Positions 11,251 through 22,059 of a stretch of 64,000 nt of DNA are shown piece by piece. The position numbers were made by a program, and so were the translations under genes. Source of the stretch: Candidatus Poribacteria bacterium (lineage in GTDB: Bacteria > Poribacteria > WGA-4E > PCPOR2b); the NCBI GenBank assembly GCA_965208675.1, contig OZ242351.1:1664001-1728000 (forward strand), written 5' to 3'. The first letter of the stretch is position 1. The number at the start of each line of letters is the position of its first letter. Below the pieces are notes generated by a model that saw only the letters and a program-made list of their open reading frames with translations, was not told where the DNA came from and searched no databases.

Positions 11251-12120
11251 ATGAAACGTAAGAGATTCTTCAAATTCTTGATTATCGGTGGAGCCCTCTT
11301 GGTATTGATACTGGTCGTCCGTTCGGTTACCACCAAGGGAGGACAGTTTGGTGAGAAGGTTGCTGTTGTCGAAATCATCGGTGCGATTTCAAAGTCGGAT
11401 AAGTTAATTGAGCAAATTCACCGATTTCGAGACGATCAAACGGTTAAGGCGATTGTTGTACGCATTGATTCCCCGGGCGGAAGTGTCGGCGCAGTGCAAG
11501 AAATTCACACCGAATTCACAAAACTGGAAAAACCGGTTGTTGCTTCTATGGGAAACACAGCAGCGTCAGGCGGGTATTACATCGCGTGTGCCGCGGATCA
11601 AATTGTTGCAAATCGCGGCTCCATTACCGGGAGTATCGGCGTTATCCTGCGGTTTATGAAGTTGAAAGGGCTTTACGAAAAGGTGGGCTTGGAAGATCAG
11701 GTCGTGAAAAGCGGCGAGTTTAAGGACACCGGTTCGCCTGCCCGCGGGCTTACCGACGCGGAACGCGCCTTATTACAAGACACCATTGATGACGTTCACA
11801 GCCAATTTGTAGATGCGGTGTTTGAAGGGCGTAAAGCCCATCTTGCCCGCGAGGAAATCGCTGCACTTGCTGACGGCCGAATCTTCTCCGGACAACAGGC
11901 TTTAGACTATAAGCTGGTAGATGTTCTCGGCAACCTGCCGGACGCAATCAAGCTTGCGGGGACGCTTAGTGGCATCTCTGGCAAACCCAAGGTTATCCGT
12001 GATAAACGCAAAGTGCCTTTAATCGAACGCGTCTTAGGAAACACGAGCCAGCAAAATTTAGGGCGTTTTCTTAGCGCGCCGGGGATTTCATTTCGGTATG
12101 AATTCGATTTGGGAGATTGA
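11251..12120 (+). CDS. sppA: Signal peptide peptidase SppA (36K type)
   Basis: RIDSPGGSV, AASGGYYIA, TGSIGV, KSGEFKD. Confidence 0.93.
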   Translation: MKRKRFFKFLIIGGALLVLILVVRSVTTKGGQFGEKVAVVEIIGAISKSDKLIEQIHRFRDDQTVKAIVVRIDSPGGSVGAVQEIHTEFTKLEKPVVASMGNTAASGGYYIACAADQIVANRGSITGSIGVILRFMKLKGLYEKVGLEDQVVKSGEFKDTGSPARGLTDAERALLQDTIDDVHSQFVDAVFEGRKAHLAREEIAALADGRIFSGQQALDYKLVDVLGNLPDAIKLAGTLSGISGKPKVIRDKRKVPLIERVLGNTSQQNLGRFLSAPGISFRYEFDLGD

Positions 12121-12262
12121 TGCGGATTCAGCATTGAAATTTCATTTGATGCTTTCCGCAGCATACATGTAATTTTGTGAAGCCCTTTGGTGTGGTGTTT
12201 GAAGGAGGTGGGCCGGAAACGCCGATGTGGGGACAATACAGCAGCATCCGTTGCCGCATTCT

Positions 12263-13294
12263 ATGGCAAACTCCTACCAAGTGAATCATGATTGGGAACG
12301 CACCGCGCGGCATGTCTTAAGGACTAAAGGGGTTGTGCTCGTTATTGGCAGCACCGATGTTGGGAAATTGACCTTTTGCAGGTTTTTGGTTGACCAAGGC
12401 GCAGCGAAAGGATTAAAGGTCGCTTTTGTTGATGCCGACATTGGGCAGTCGCAGATTGGACCGCCTACTACAATCGGGTTGAAGGTATTCCATCATTCTT
12501 CGGCATCGAATCCGAATGAATTGTATTTTGTGGGATCCGCGTCTCCCGACAATCACCTGCTTCAATGTGTAACGGGCACGCATTTGATGGTTGACGCAGC
12601 ACACAAAGCTGGCGCCGAGTTTGTCGTTATTGATACCACCGGTTATGTTGAAGGTGCGGCCGCAGTTGCACTCAAAAGACACAAAATTGAAATAATCCAG
12701 CCACATCACCTAATCTGTATCCACCGATCCAGCGAATTAAATCCAATCATAGCGGGATTTGACGGGCTTAGCACTATCCAAATTCACCACCTTTCACCGC
12801 ATAGGGATGCGGCTTCCAAGAGTGTTGAATCTCGAAGAAAATACCGCGAAACGCGCTTCGCGCATTACTTCGCTGATGCAGTTCGGGAGCGTGTAAACAT
12901 TGACCAAATTCGCGGGCAGCGGTCGCACTTTTTCATTGGACGGAGGGCGAATACAAAAGAACGGGAAATCCTCTCTGATTTTGCCGGCGAAGACGTTCGT
13001 TATGCGGAATGGGGCAATCGATCGCTTTCGCTTGTTACGCCAAAAACGCTTTCAAAACTGGCCCAAGCACGGGTGAAAAGCCAATATAGTCTGACCTCCT
13101 TAGTTTCCGAAACCCCTATGTATTTTGAGCAGCGTCTAATCGGTATGCTTGACGACTCAATGAAAACGCTTTCTATTGGCGTCATTGAATCCGTTGATTT
13201 TCTATCTAATGAGCTGCAGATTCTTTGCAAACCCAATTGTGCGTCTGCGACAAAAATAGTTCAGTTTGGACTACACAAGGAAAAAGGGAATTGA
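12263..13294 (+). CDS. Clp1/Grc3-like polynucleotide 5'-hydroxyl kinase
   Basis: GSTDVGK(L)T P-loop, DADIGQSQIGPP, IDTTG, RRKYRE lid; start uncertain (GTG 12227 or ATG 12263). Confidence 0.8.
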   Translation: MANSYQVNHDWERTARHVLRTKGVVLVIGSTDVGKLTFCRFLVDQGAAKGLKVAFVDADIGQSQIGPPTTIGLKVFHHSSASNPNELYFVGSASPDNHLLQCVTGTHLMVDAAHKAGAEFVVIDTTGYVEGAAAVALKRHKIEIIQPHHLICIHRSSELNPIIAGFDGLSTIQIHHLSPHRDAASKSVESRRKYRETRFAHYFADAVRERVNIDQIRGQRSHFFIGRRANTKEREILSDFAGEDVRYAEWGNRSLSLVTPKTLSKLAQARVKSQYSLTSLVSETPMYFEQRLIGMLDDSMKTLSIGVIESVDFLSNELQILCKPNCASATKIVQFGLHKEKGN

Positions 13295-13341
13295 AAGGCT
13301 GATCGATTCATGTTCTACACATTACGAAAAACACACCGATT

Positions 13342-14058
13342 ATGTGGGATAATACTTACCTGCTTACCGAGCTCCCTTCAGAAGCCGAGACAGAAGAGGA
13401 AGTTGAATTCATTCGTGATGTGCTAGAACTCCGTCGAGGCGCAGTTGTTTTGGATTTGTGCTGTGGGAATGGACGGCATGGACAGATGCTTGCGGACCAA
13501 AACGTAACTGTCATCGGCTTAGACAGTTCGCGCCTTCTGCTGGACGAAGCGCGAAAAGACATACTTTCAACGGAATACGGCATCCATTTTATTGAAGGAG
13601 ATATGCGCCATATTCCACTCAAATCATCGTGCGATGCAGTCATCAACCTTTTTTCGAGTTTTGGATTCTTTGGCGAGGAGGGAAACCGACAGGTTCTTTC
13701 AGAAGTTGCCGCAGTCCTCAAGCCCGGTGGAAAATTCCTGGTGGAATACTGGAATCCCCATGCCGTCGTTGATTTGGATCGGTCACGAAATTGGTGGTGG
13801 ATCTCTGAATCCATGCTTGCTCTCGCAGAGGTTGAATACCATCCCGAATCTGGGTGTCTCTCAGACTATCGAACGGTGATTGAACTATCCTCCGGAACCA
13901 TTCAAAAGGCGGTCAATCGACTTCGGTTCTACTTTCCAACCGAACTCAAATCAATGTTGGAGGATGCCGCTTTGAAAGTATGTGCGACGTACGGAGATTT
14001 CGATTATAGCCCCTTCCTGATTGATGCGAGGCGGATGATTACAATCGCAGAAAGGTGA
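13342..14058 (+). CDS. Class I SAM-dependent methyltransferase
   Basis: VLDLCCGNGRH, GDMR, LFSSFGFF, LKPGGKF. Confidence 0.9.
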   Translation: MWDNTYLLTELPSEAETEEEVEFIRDVLELRRGAVVLDLCCGNGRHGQMLADQNVTVIGLDSSRLLLDEARKDILSTEYGIHFIEGDMRHIPLKSSCDAVINLFSSFGFFGEEGNRQVLSEVAAVLKPGGKFLVEYWNPHAVVDLDRSRNWWWISESMLALAEVEYHPESGCLSDYRTVIELSSGTIQKAVNRLRFYFPTELKSMLEDAALKVCATYGDFDYSPFLIDARRMITIAER

Positions 14059-15875
14059 TTTTGATGCCGACGTTTCTGCGCTTCGCAAAGTATCTGAAGC
14101 CGTACATCGGTTCAATTGGATTGGCGTTCATGTGTGCGTTGGTGATGGCTATCTGCGAAGTGGGCTATTTTCAAATTCTGGGCGACACAACGGACGCACT
14201 CAAGCTGATTGAAACTAACACTGGTGACGGTCCAATACATGTCCGATATTTCTATGTTAAAGATGTCTTCGAAGGAATTGAAATTCCACTTCCGGACGCT
14301 GATGCAGCCATCACCCTTGTAGTTTGGGTATTGGGAGGGATTTTTACACTCGTAATAATCAAGGGGGCATTCACTTATTGTAACGACTATTTGATGGCAC
14401 GGGTTGGGAATAAACTCATTATCCGAGTTCGCAACGAGATGTATGAGCGAATTGCCTTTGCACCATTGGGGACTCTGAAAGAGCACCGCACAGGAGACCT
14501 AATGGCACGAGTCACAGACGATGTACGCACCTGGCAGTATACAGCCGGATCGACCGCAAATGTTATGCGGGATGTTGTGCTATTGCCCGTCTTCGTTGCC
14601 GTGCTGTTGTTCAAGAGTTTCCAGATGACTGTCTTGGTGTTGGTTCTATTTCCGTTACTTGGTCATCTGATTAGCCGGTTTGGACGGCGTATCCGCGGCG
14701 CAAGTACCGAGATACAACAGCAGACAGCGGATGTCTCTTCGCAGTTGAAAGAGACCATCTTCGGCATTAAAATCATTAAAAGTTTTACAGCGGAAAACCT
14801 AGAGTGCAGTCGATTTAAAGAAACCAATAGGCGCCAATATCGGTCAGCAATGCGACGCTCTCGATCTACTGCGATGCTGCCGCCGCTCGTCGAATTGATT
14901 AGCGCGGTCGGAATTGCAACAGTTTTTGGATTGGGATGTTGGCAGGTAATTCAAGGAGGCATTACAACCGGTTCGTTTATTGTTTATGTGGCGATGATTG
15001 GCAGGATGTTCAAACCAATCAAGACGGTTGGGCAATTCAATAACGTCCTGCAACAAAGCCTCGCTTCGGCAGAACGAATATTCTATGTGCTCGACTTCGA
15101 GAAAGAAGGCAACGAAGAGGACAAATTACCTCAACTGCCGCCTGTACGCGGTGAAGTCGAATTTCGCGACGTAATTTTCGGATATGACCGAGACGATGAG
15201 ATAATTAAGCACATTAATTTTTGTGTCAAACCGGGCGAAGTCATCGCCTTGGTTGGACCGAGCGGCGGCGGTAAAACCACGTTAGTCAATCTCTTGCCCC
15301 GCTTCTACGAATTGGATTCAGGAAAAATACTGATTGACGGGTATCCGATTGACCAGGTTTCACTGGATTCTCTCCGTCGGCAGATAGCGATTGTACCGCA
15401 AGATACAATCCTTTTTGGCGGAACGGTGCTGGATAACATCATCTATGGCCAACCGGCAGCCAATCGCGGCGACGCCATTGCAGCGGCGAAACAAGCCAAT
15501 GCTCACGAATTTATCGCCCAAATGCCCAACGGATACGATACACCAATTGGTGAATCCGGGATCAAATTATCCGGCGGGCAACAGCAGCGCATCTCAATTG
15601 CGCGGGCAATCTTGAAGAACCCGCGCATTCTTATACTTGATGAAGCAACTTCAGCACTAGACAGCCAGTCAGAAGCGCTAGTCCAACAATCACTCGGGTA
15701 CTTGATGCGGGGACGAACAACCTTCGTCATCGCCCATCGATTATCCACCGTCGTTAACGCGGACAGAATTCTTGTGCTCAAGGGCGGCAGAATCGTCGAA
15801 AGCGGGACGCACCAAGAGTTGTTAGACAAGGACGGAATTTATCGGACATTGCGTCAAATGCAGCGGCAGGAATAA
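14055..15875 (+). CDS. MsbA-like ABC exporter (TMD+NBD)
   Basis: GPSGGGKT, LSGGQQQR, ILDEATSALD, IAHRLST after a multi-TM domain. Confidence 0.93.
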   Translation: MILMPTFLRFAKYLKPYIGSIGLAFMCALVMAICEVGYFQILGDTTDALKLIETNTGDGPIHVRYFYVKDVFEGIEIPLPDADAAITLVVWVLGGIFTLVIIKGAFTYCNDYLMARVGNKLIIRVRNEMYERIAFAPLGTLKEHRTGDLMARVTDDVRTWQYTAGSTANVMRDVVLLPVFVAVLLFKSFQMTVLVLVLFPLLGHLISRFGRRIRGASTEIQQQTADVSSQLKETIFGIKIIKSFTAENLECSRFKETNRRQYRSAMRRSRSTAMLPPLVELISAVGIATVFGLGCWQVIQGGITTGSFIVYVAMIGRMFKPIKTVGQFNNVLQQSLASAERIFYVLDFEKEGNEEDKLPQLPPVRGEVEFRDVIFGYDRDDEIIKHINFCVKPGEVIALVGPSGGGKTTLVNLLPRFYELDSGKILIDGYPIDQVSLDSLRRQIAIVPQDTILFGGTVLDNIIYGQPAANRGDAIAAAKQANAHEFIAQMPNGYDTPIGESGIKLSGGQQQRISIARAILKNPRILILDEATSALDSQSEALVQQSLGYLMRGRTTFVIAHRLSTVVNADRILVLKGGRIVESGTHQELLDKDGIYRTLRQMQRQE

Positions 15876-16066
15876 ATCAGTAAACTTGATGCAAGGATTA
15901 CACGTCTCAATGAAAAGTTAAGAAAATTTCACCCAACAAATTTTCTGCATAAAAAGCGTTGCTCGAATACGAAGGTTATTTTGCTATGACACTTTTGGAA
16001 TCTTGCGTTGATGAGCAAGACTGAATTGTAATTCAATGGAAAAGTGTCAAGGAATATGGAACCCGA

Positions 16067-17455
16067 ATGAAAAACATCGCAGAAGACAAGAACCCTATGA
16101 GGTTTGATGATATTTTATCCAAGATTAAACAGAAGAATCGAGGCGATCGAATCGTGGCAAGTCGTGACGAATTCACGGATAGTCCAGTTAGGGGCGTTGC
16201 CAATATTAATGGCGAACTCGAATTTGGGGAAGATGACGAATTTGTGTCCGCGTTGCCCACTGATGAATCCGATGATAATGAGATTGATGATGAAGAAAAT
16301 GACGATCTGATCTCGTCATTTAGAACTCGCGGCGATGTCGCAGACAGCACGAAGGACGAAGCATTTTCGTATCTTCAGGAGATAGCCCGCACACCGCTGC
16401 TCACGCCCAAAGAAGAGGTTAAACTCTTCGAGAAATTTGAAGAGGGCAAGCAGTGGATTACGGAATTATTTGACCAGCTCCCCATCTCAATACTGGACGA
16501 AGTTCGCCCAAAAGCGAAGCCAAAGCGCGGCGCAAAACAGAAGTCGCCGAATGGCATTTGGTGGAGTCCCATGAACCTCGCCACAACCTTGGAGCAGATT
16601 CACGCAGAAATCAAGATTTATCAACGCGGCCAAACCGATGACGCCATCGAATCAAGAGATGCCCGCGAAGTGTGCGAATTCCTTGACCAACTTTGGATTG
16701 AACTCGGCAAAGCAGCCCAAAAGATTCAAGAAGCCAAACTTAAGCTTGTTGAGGCAAACCTTCTACTCGTCGCGAGCATCGCGAAACAACACAATTTCAA
16801 TCGATCGTCGCTCTCATTTCTGGATCTGATGCAGGAGGGAAGTATAGGATTGATGAAGGCGGTCGAGAAATTCGACCTTCAAAGAGGGTATCGCTTCAGC
16901 ACTTATGCGACTTGGTGGATTATGCAAGCGATTAAGCGGGCACTAGATCAACAGAGCCAGACAATTCGCATTCCGTGTTACGTCGGAGAAACCCGGCGGT
17001 CTATCAAGCAGGCCCAAACAAAACTTGCGAGGGACCTCGAACGCGAACCGGACATAAAAGAGATTGCTGAACTCGTCAAGATGACTGAGAGTCGTGTGGT
17101 TGAAATTCTTCAAAGTACAAAAGGTACAATTTCGCTTGACTCTCCGCTCAGCGATTCATCGCCCGATGCTACCATCTCTGACCTGCTTGCTGACGATTCC
17201 CAAATAACACCCGAAGAGGAACTGCTTTGCAGTTCGGAGAAAGAATCGCTCGAAAGGGTGCTCAACACCTTGGCGCCCCGTGAAAAGCATGTCATTAAAC
17301 TGCGTTACGGCTTGCAAGACGGCACAGAATACACGCTCGCCGAAATCGGGCGCCAACTTGGCATTAGCCGGGAAAGAGTCCGCCAAATCGAGGACGAAGC
17401 GCTTCGTAAACTGCGGCATCACACGCGCGTGCAGTATCTCGAAGAACTGCTCTAA
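16067..17455 (+). CDS. RpoD/SigA-like sigma-70 factor (divergent)
   Basis: Region 1.2 YLQEIARTPLL, region 2 DLMQEGSIGLMKAVEKFD...FSTYATWWI, region 4 TLAEIG...SRERVRQIE. Confidence 0.92.
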   Translation: MKNIAEDKNPMRFDDILSKIKQKNRGDRIVASRDEFTDSPVRGVANINGELEFGEDDEFVSALPTDESDDNEIDDEENDDLISSFRTRGDVADSTKDEAFSYLQEIARTPLLTPKEEVKLFEKFEEGKQWITELFDQLPISILDEVRPKAKPKRGAKQKSPNGIWWSPMNLATTLEQIHAEIKIYQRGQTDDAIESRDAREVCEFLDQLWIELGKAAQKIQEAKLKLVEANLLLVASIAKQHNFNRSSLSFLDLMQEGSIGLMKAVEKFDLQRGYRFSTYATWWIMQAIKRALDQQSQTIRIPCYVGETRRSIKQAQTKLARDLEREPDIKEIAELVKMTESRVVEILQSTKGTISLDSPLSDSSPDATISDLLADDSQITPEEELLCSSEKESLERVLNTLAPREKHVIKLRYGLQDGTEYTLAEIGRQLGISRERVRQIEDEALRKLRHHTRVQYLEELL

Positions 17456-17568
17456 CGCGCCATTTTTGTATCGCTTTCGCCCCCTATTGTTTCGAGTCGC
17501 CCTAGCGCTTATTGGGCTAGGTGGCAATAATTGGCGGAAGAAGCGGAATACTTCGTAGTCTCTTTCCG

Positions 17569-18522
17569 CTAGCGGTCCGCCGCCCGCGATGCAGCAAGTT
17601 CACGGAATCGGCTGATCGTTTTTTGGATTCCCTCTTCCATCGAATACATGGGCGTGAATCCGATTTCTTCTGCAACTGGCGTAGCGTCATAGTCCCATGA
17701 GATTCCAAATACGCCCTGTTTAAGCGTAATCTTCGCATCGGGTACAATCTGCTTCAAATATTCGGCGGCTTCGCGCACCGGGCGAATGCCGCCGCTGACA
17801 TTGAAAACCCGCGTGCGCGTCGTTGGACAGGTACACGCCATCAAAATGGATTGGGAGACATCTTCAACATATTGCCAATCCACAGCGTCGTCGCCAAAAG
17901 GCACAACACTCGGCCTCCCCATCGCGACATCTTCAATCATTTTTGTCGAAAATGAACTCATTCCCCGCGTTCGCCCAACCCCGTACACCGCTGTAAACCT
18001 CAGTCCGATGATGTCCACGTTGTAGTTGTCGAAGTAGAAAGACGCATACCTTTCGTTCAGGGATTTGCAAGCCCCATAAATGAACTTTGGGTAATGCGGC
18101 GCGTCATTTTTAATCTGCTGGTGGTTGTAATCTTCTGGCGCTCCAAAAACTGCAACTGTGCTCGCCCACACAACGCGTTTTAGATTGAAGATGCGCGCCG
18201 CTTCGAACATATTGATTGTGCCTTCGCATACCACCTTTAATGCCTGCGGCGGATTGGCGTCGCATGCTGGCACCTGCCACGATGCAAGATGGATAATCCG
18301 ATCGACTTTATGTTCCTTAACCGTACGCAAGACGTGCGGTACATCAGTAATATCCCCTTGGACAAAGGTGAAGCCTTCAAGTTGTTGAGGCGACAATACC
18401 AGCTTAGGAATGGTTAAATCGTGTATCGAATCAAAAACGATGAGTTTCTCGCCGGCATTTAGGAGATCACGAATCACGTAGGATCCGATGCACCCCATGC
18501 CACCGGTGATCAAATACGCCAT
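17569..18522 (-). CDS. NAD-dependent epimerase/dehydratase (extended SDR)
   Basis: ITGGMGCIG and YGACK motifs. Confidence 0.9.
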   Translation of the reverse strand: MAYLITGGMGCIGSYVIRDLLNAGEKLIVFDSIHDLTIPKLVLSPQQLEGFTFVQGDITDVPHVLRTVKEHKVDRIIHLASWQVPACDANPPQALKVVCEGTINMFEAARIFNLKRVVWASTVAVFGAPEDYNHQQIKNDAPHYPKFIYGACKSLNERYASFYFDNYNVDIIGLRFTAVYGVGRTRGMSSFSTKMIEDVAMGRPSVVPFGDDAVDWQYVEDVSQSILMACTCPTTRTRVFNVSGGIRPVREAAEYLKQIVPDAKITLKQGVFGISWDYDATPVAEEIGFTPMYSMEEGIQKTISRFRELAASRAADR

Positions 18523-18548
18523 CTTCTTTATGCCCCTTCTTCAATCTC

Positions 18549-18875
18549 TCAATCTTGGTATCTCGGTGAGTTTACGTCCACAAGAATATCGTTGCCTTCG
18601 ACTGCCACAGGATACGTAACAATCCGTTCTTTTCCCGGCCAGACGCATTTGCCCGTTTTCACGTCGAACTGCCATAGATGCAGCGGACACGTAATGACCT
18701 GATTCTCCAAAAATCCGTAGTGTAAGACGCCGCCGAGATGGGGGCAGATATTATTCATCGCATAGTATTCCCCATCGACGTTGTAGATTCCGACAAAGAC
18801 ACCCTCTACCTTGACACCGATTCCGTTTCCGGGTTCAACTTCATCGGTTGTAGCAGCCTTCAAAAACCGAGACAA
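18549..18875 (-). CDS. Rieske [2Fe-2S] ferredoxin
   Basis: CPH...CPLH ligands; TTG start with AAAGGA SD. Confidence 0.9.
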   Translation of the reverse strand: MSRFLKAATTDEVEPGNGIGVKVEGVFVGIYNVDGEYYAMNNICPHLGGVLHYGFLENQVITCPLHLWQFDVKTGKCVWPGKERIVTYPVAVEGNDILVDVNSPRYQD

Positions 18876-18958
18876 TTAAATTAATGTCCTTTCTCTCAAA
18901 TATTGATAAGACTTGCTGAACACATCATGCCATCCCATCCGGCGTGGAACGGATACGC

Positions 18959-19786
18959 TCACGAGCCATTGGCAGCCGAAATATCTAAATTCGCCTTCAT
19001 GTATTCGTAGCACTTCTTTTGGCCTCGCCCATCGTTCTCGCGCCCCTCATATTCGCAACACCACGAGCCTTGGTAGCCGGCGGCTTTAAGACAGTGAATC
19101 GCTTTCGTGAGGTTTATTTCGCCCTCGCCAAGCACCTCGCCGCGATACTCACTGCGCATTCCCCTGCCGTCCTTCAGATGTAGATGCAGCGTGTAAGGCG
19201 CGATAATCTCATAATACCGCTCGACCGTTCCCAAGTCGTGTCCAAACCAGCGGTAGTTCATCGTATCAAGGGTAGCACCGACATATTTGGATCCGATGCG
19301 CTCAAACAACTCAACTTGGCGATCTCCGTCGTTAGTTACAAACCCGTGATTGTCCACGGCGAGATAAACTTCTTCAGTCTCAGCGAACTCGACGCAGAGG
19401 TTCAAGCAGCCGGCCATCGCCTCAATCCATCGGTTCTCAGGCACGCTTTCTTTCGGCGAACCACCCTCAGTGCGAATCGCCGCGGCGCCCAAGATTTTTG
19501 TTAGTCTGACAATTCGCCGCATTCGATCTACCTGAAATCGAACAGCCTCCTCATCTAGGACAACGAAGTCGTTTCCCGCTGCAAAAGCGCAAACGTTTAG
19601 TCCGTAAGATTCGACCTTTTTGCGAATCGCCTCGGCGTTTTTCTCAGGGACGTCAATCCCCGGATGCCAAACATCGTTCACCTGCAGTTCAACATTGTCG
19701 AAGCCTGTATCACTGACAAATTCAAGAAATTCATCGAATGAAAAATCGGGGAAGTTGTAGTGAACCATACCCAGTTTTGGCATCAT
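18959..19786 (-). CDS. Sugar phosphate isomerase/epimerase (xylose isomerase-like TIM barrel)
   Basis: VDNHG, LDTMN, HLHLKD, CEYEG; GGAGGA SD before ATG 19786. Confidence 0.85.
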   Translation of the reverse strand: MMPKLGMVHYNFPDFSFDEFLEFVSDTGFDNVELQVNDVWHPGIDVPEKNAEAIRKKVESYGLNVCAFAAGNDFVVLDEEAVRFQVDRMRRIVRLTKILGAAAIRTEGGSPKESVPENRWIEAMAGCLNLCVEFAETEEVYLAVDNHGFVTNDGDRQVELFERIGSKYVGATLDTMNYRWFGHDLGTVERYYEIIAPYTLHLHLKDGRGMRSEYRGEVLGEGEINLTKAIHCLKAAGYQGSWCCEYEGRENDGRGQKKCYEYMKANLDISAANGS

Positions 19787-20011
19787 TACTCCTCCGCGTA
19801 TGTGTAACTGACCGGCTCTCTGTATAAGCGGGATGCGTGCGAACATTATACAGTCCAAGCGATAATGTGTCAATTGCGAAGTCGGTACGCCTTATCCCGC
19901 ATGGCAGTATTAATCTGTTGATCTTCATGGGGCGGCGTGTTACCATATTTCGAACGATCCAATTTCGGTTTACTGCACTGAGACCCCATCTCCTGACATG
20001 CCACATGCCCG

Positions 20012-21907
20012 ATGAAACAAAATCCCCGTCCACCCGCCAAGTCCTACCGCGCGTTGATTGTCGGCGCGTTGCTTATCCCTCCCAACCTTTATTGGACAAT
20101 GCTGTCGGAAACCGTACACAATTTGTTTTTCTTCTCGGTTTTTACGCTCTTTTTCAACGTCGTTTTCACACTCTTCGTCCTAACCCTACTCAACGCGCTG
20201 CTCAAGCGCTCCAGCCCAAAGTTAGCGTTTGATTCGAGTGAGCTGTTAATTATCTACACAATGCTCTCCATCGCCACCGGAATTTTCGGGCATGACCTGA
20301 TGCTCGTAATGGTTCAGCATTTGGCGGGATTCGGATTTGCGTCGCCGGAGAACGAGTGGTTGGTGTTTTACGGGCGATACGTGCCCCACTGGCTCACCGT
20401 CTACGACGAAAGGGCACTTCACGGATATTTCCACGGCGGAGAATCGCTGTACACGGTACGGAATCTCAACGCTTGGCTCATCCCTTCAGTCTGTTGGGGC
20501 GGATTTCTCATTGTGCTCCTCTTTGTTCTTGCCTGTATCAACACAATAATCCGGAAACAGTGGACGGAGAATGAAAAACTGTCGTATCCAATCATACAAC
20601 TACCGCTTGAATTAACCGGCTCCGGCGCGGGGACGCTCGGCAATCGGTGGTTGTGGTTTGGATTCACAATTGCCGGAGCAATCAGTCTCAACAGAATTCT
20701 GCATGCGTTTTTGCCGGTATTTCCTGTGCTCCGGCTAGGATACAATCTCACACCGCTGTTTGTGACAAAGCCCTGGAATGCCCTGCTTCCGTACCCTGCC
20801 GGCGGGTTATTCATCGAAATCGAACCTTTCGTCGTGGGACTAAGCTACTTCCTGCCGCTAAGCCTGGCATTCTCGACATGGTTCTTTCTGCTGTTCTCGA
20901 AAGCCGAACTAGTCTTTCGAAACGCGGTCGGCATCTGGGCGACACCTGGGCCGTTCCGCAGTTATGCGACAGCGGGGGCGTGGATGGTTGTAGCCATAGC
21001 AGCATTGTGGATGAGCCGCAAGCACCTAAAACAAGTATACACCACCGCTCGGCATCAAATCACAAATGACAAACGGGGCGAGGAACCCATGACTTACCGG
21101 AGTGCGCTGATTGGGATGGTGTGCGGCACCGGCGCCCTCATCCTGTTCCTAGCCTATATTGGGATATCTTTGCCCATCGCAATCCTCTTCCTAACAATCT
21201 ACGTGCTATATGCGCTGGCTATTGCACGAATACGCGCCGAAGTCGGTCCACCGGCTCATGACGCGGAGTTCATGGGGCCGGAACAGTTAATCCTCAACGC
21301 GCTGGGTGCTCGCCGCGTCGGCCAACGGAGCATTGCCATGTTTAGCTCCATTTATTGGATGAGCCGAGCATATCGTTCACATCCCGTCGGACACCAGCTC
21401 GAGGGGTTCAAAATCGCACAAACCGTGGGGGCGTCGAGTCGAAAATTCCTGACCGCAATGATGGTCGCATCAGTCGTAGGCACGATCTGCGGTTTTTGGG
21501 CATTTCTAACCGCCATGTACCGCTATGGCGCTGGAAACGTTGCCCACAATATAGGCGGCGAAGCGTTTCGCCGATTGGAGGTCTGGTTAAAAATGCTGGG
21601 CTCGCCGGAGCCATTCATGCTCAGAGAGGTCGGGTTGGGGGCGGGAATCACCATACTGCTCACCGCACTGCATCGCCGTTTCGTCGGCTTTCCGTTCCAT
21701 CCGGTCGGCTACGCTGTCGCATCGGGTGCGATGATACATCACTTGTGGTTTTCAATTCTGATTGCGTGGGCGATCAAATGGAGCATTCTAAAGTTCAGCG
21801 GTATACGGCGCTATCGGCAGTTGGTGCCGTTTTTCTTGGGATTGGTCTTGGGCCAGGTTGTCGTTGGATGCCTCGGGATCATCCTGCGAATCCTATTACT
21901 TGAGTGA
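20012..21907 (+). CDS. Large polytopic membrane protein, DUF6785/DUF6784-like putative transporter
   Basis: Many TM segments; IRKQWTENEKLSYPIIQLP, RIRAEVGPP and FPFHPVGY motifs. Confidence 0.75.
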   Translation: MKQNPRPPAKSYRALIVGALLIPPNLYWTMLSETVHNLFFFSVFTLFFNVVFTLFVLTLLNALLKRSSPKLAFDSSELLIIYTMLSIATGIFGHDLMLVMVQHLAGFGFASPENEWLVFYGRYVPHWLTVYDERALHGYFHGGESLYTVRNLNAWLIPSVCWGGFLIVLLFVLACINTIIRKQWTENEKLSYPIIQLPLELTGSGAGTLGNRWLWFGFTIAGAISLNRILHAFLPVFPVLRLGYNLTPLFVTKPWNALLPYPAGGLFIEIEPFVVGLSYFLPLSLAFSTWFFLLFSKAELVFRNAVGIWATPGPFRSYATAGAWMVVAIAALWMSRKHLKQVYTTARHQITNDKRGEEPMTYRSALIGMVCGTGALILFLAYIGISLPIAILFLTIYVLYALAIARIRAEVGPPAHDAEFMGPEQLILNALGARRVGQRSIAMFSSIYWMSRAYRSHPVGHQLEGFKIAQTVGASSRKFLTAMMVASVVGTICGFWAFLTAMYRYGAGNVAHNIGGEAFRRLEVWLKMLGSPEPFMLREVGLGAGITILLTALHRRFVGFPFHPVGYAVASGAMIHHLWFSILIAWAIKWSILKFSGIRRYRQLVPFFLGLVLGQVVVGCLGIILRILLLE

Positions 21908-22059
21908 AACCTTATGAACGTACGTGTTTCGTCTTTCGCTTGATGCACTCGTTTGAAGTGTGGTATGCTTATGGCAAAATTTGGAGGCACGCGAAAAAAC
22001 GAATCGACTTTCCGAGAATTATTCGTAACTGTTTTGCAAACCCCGTTTGGAGAATTTGA

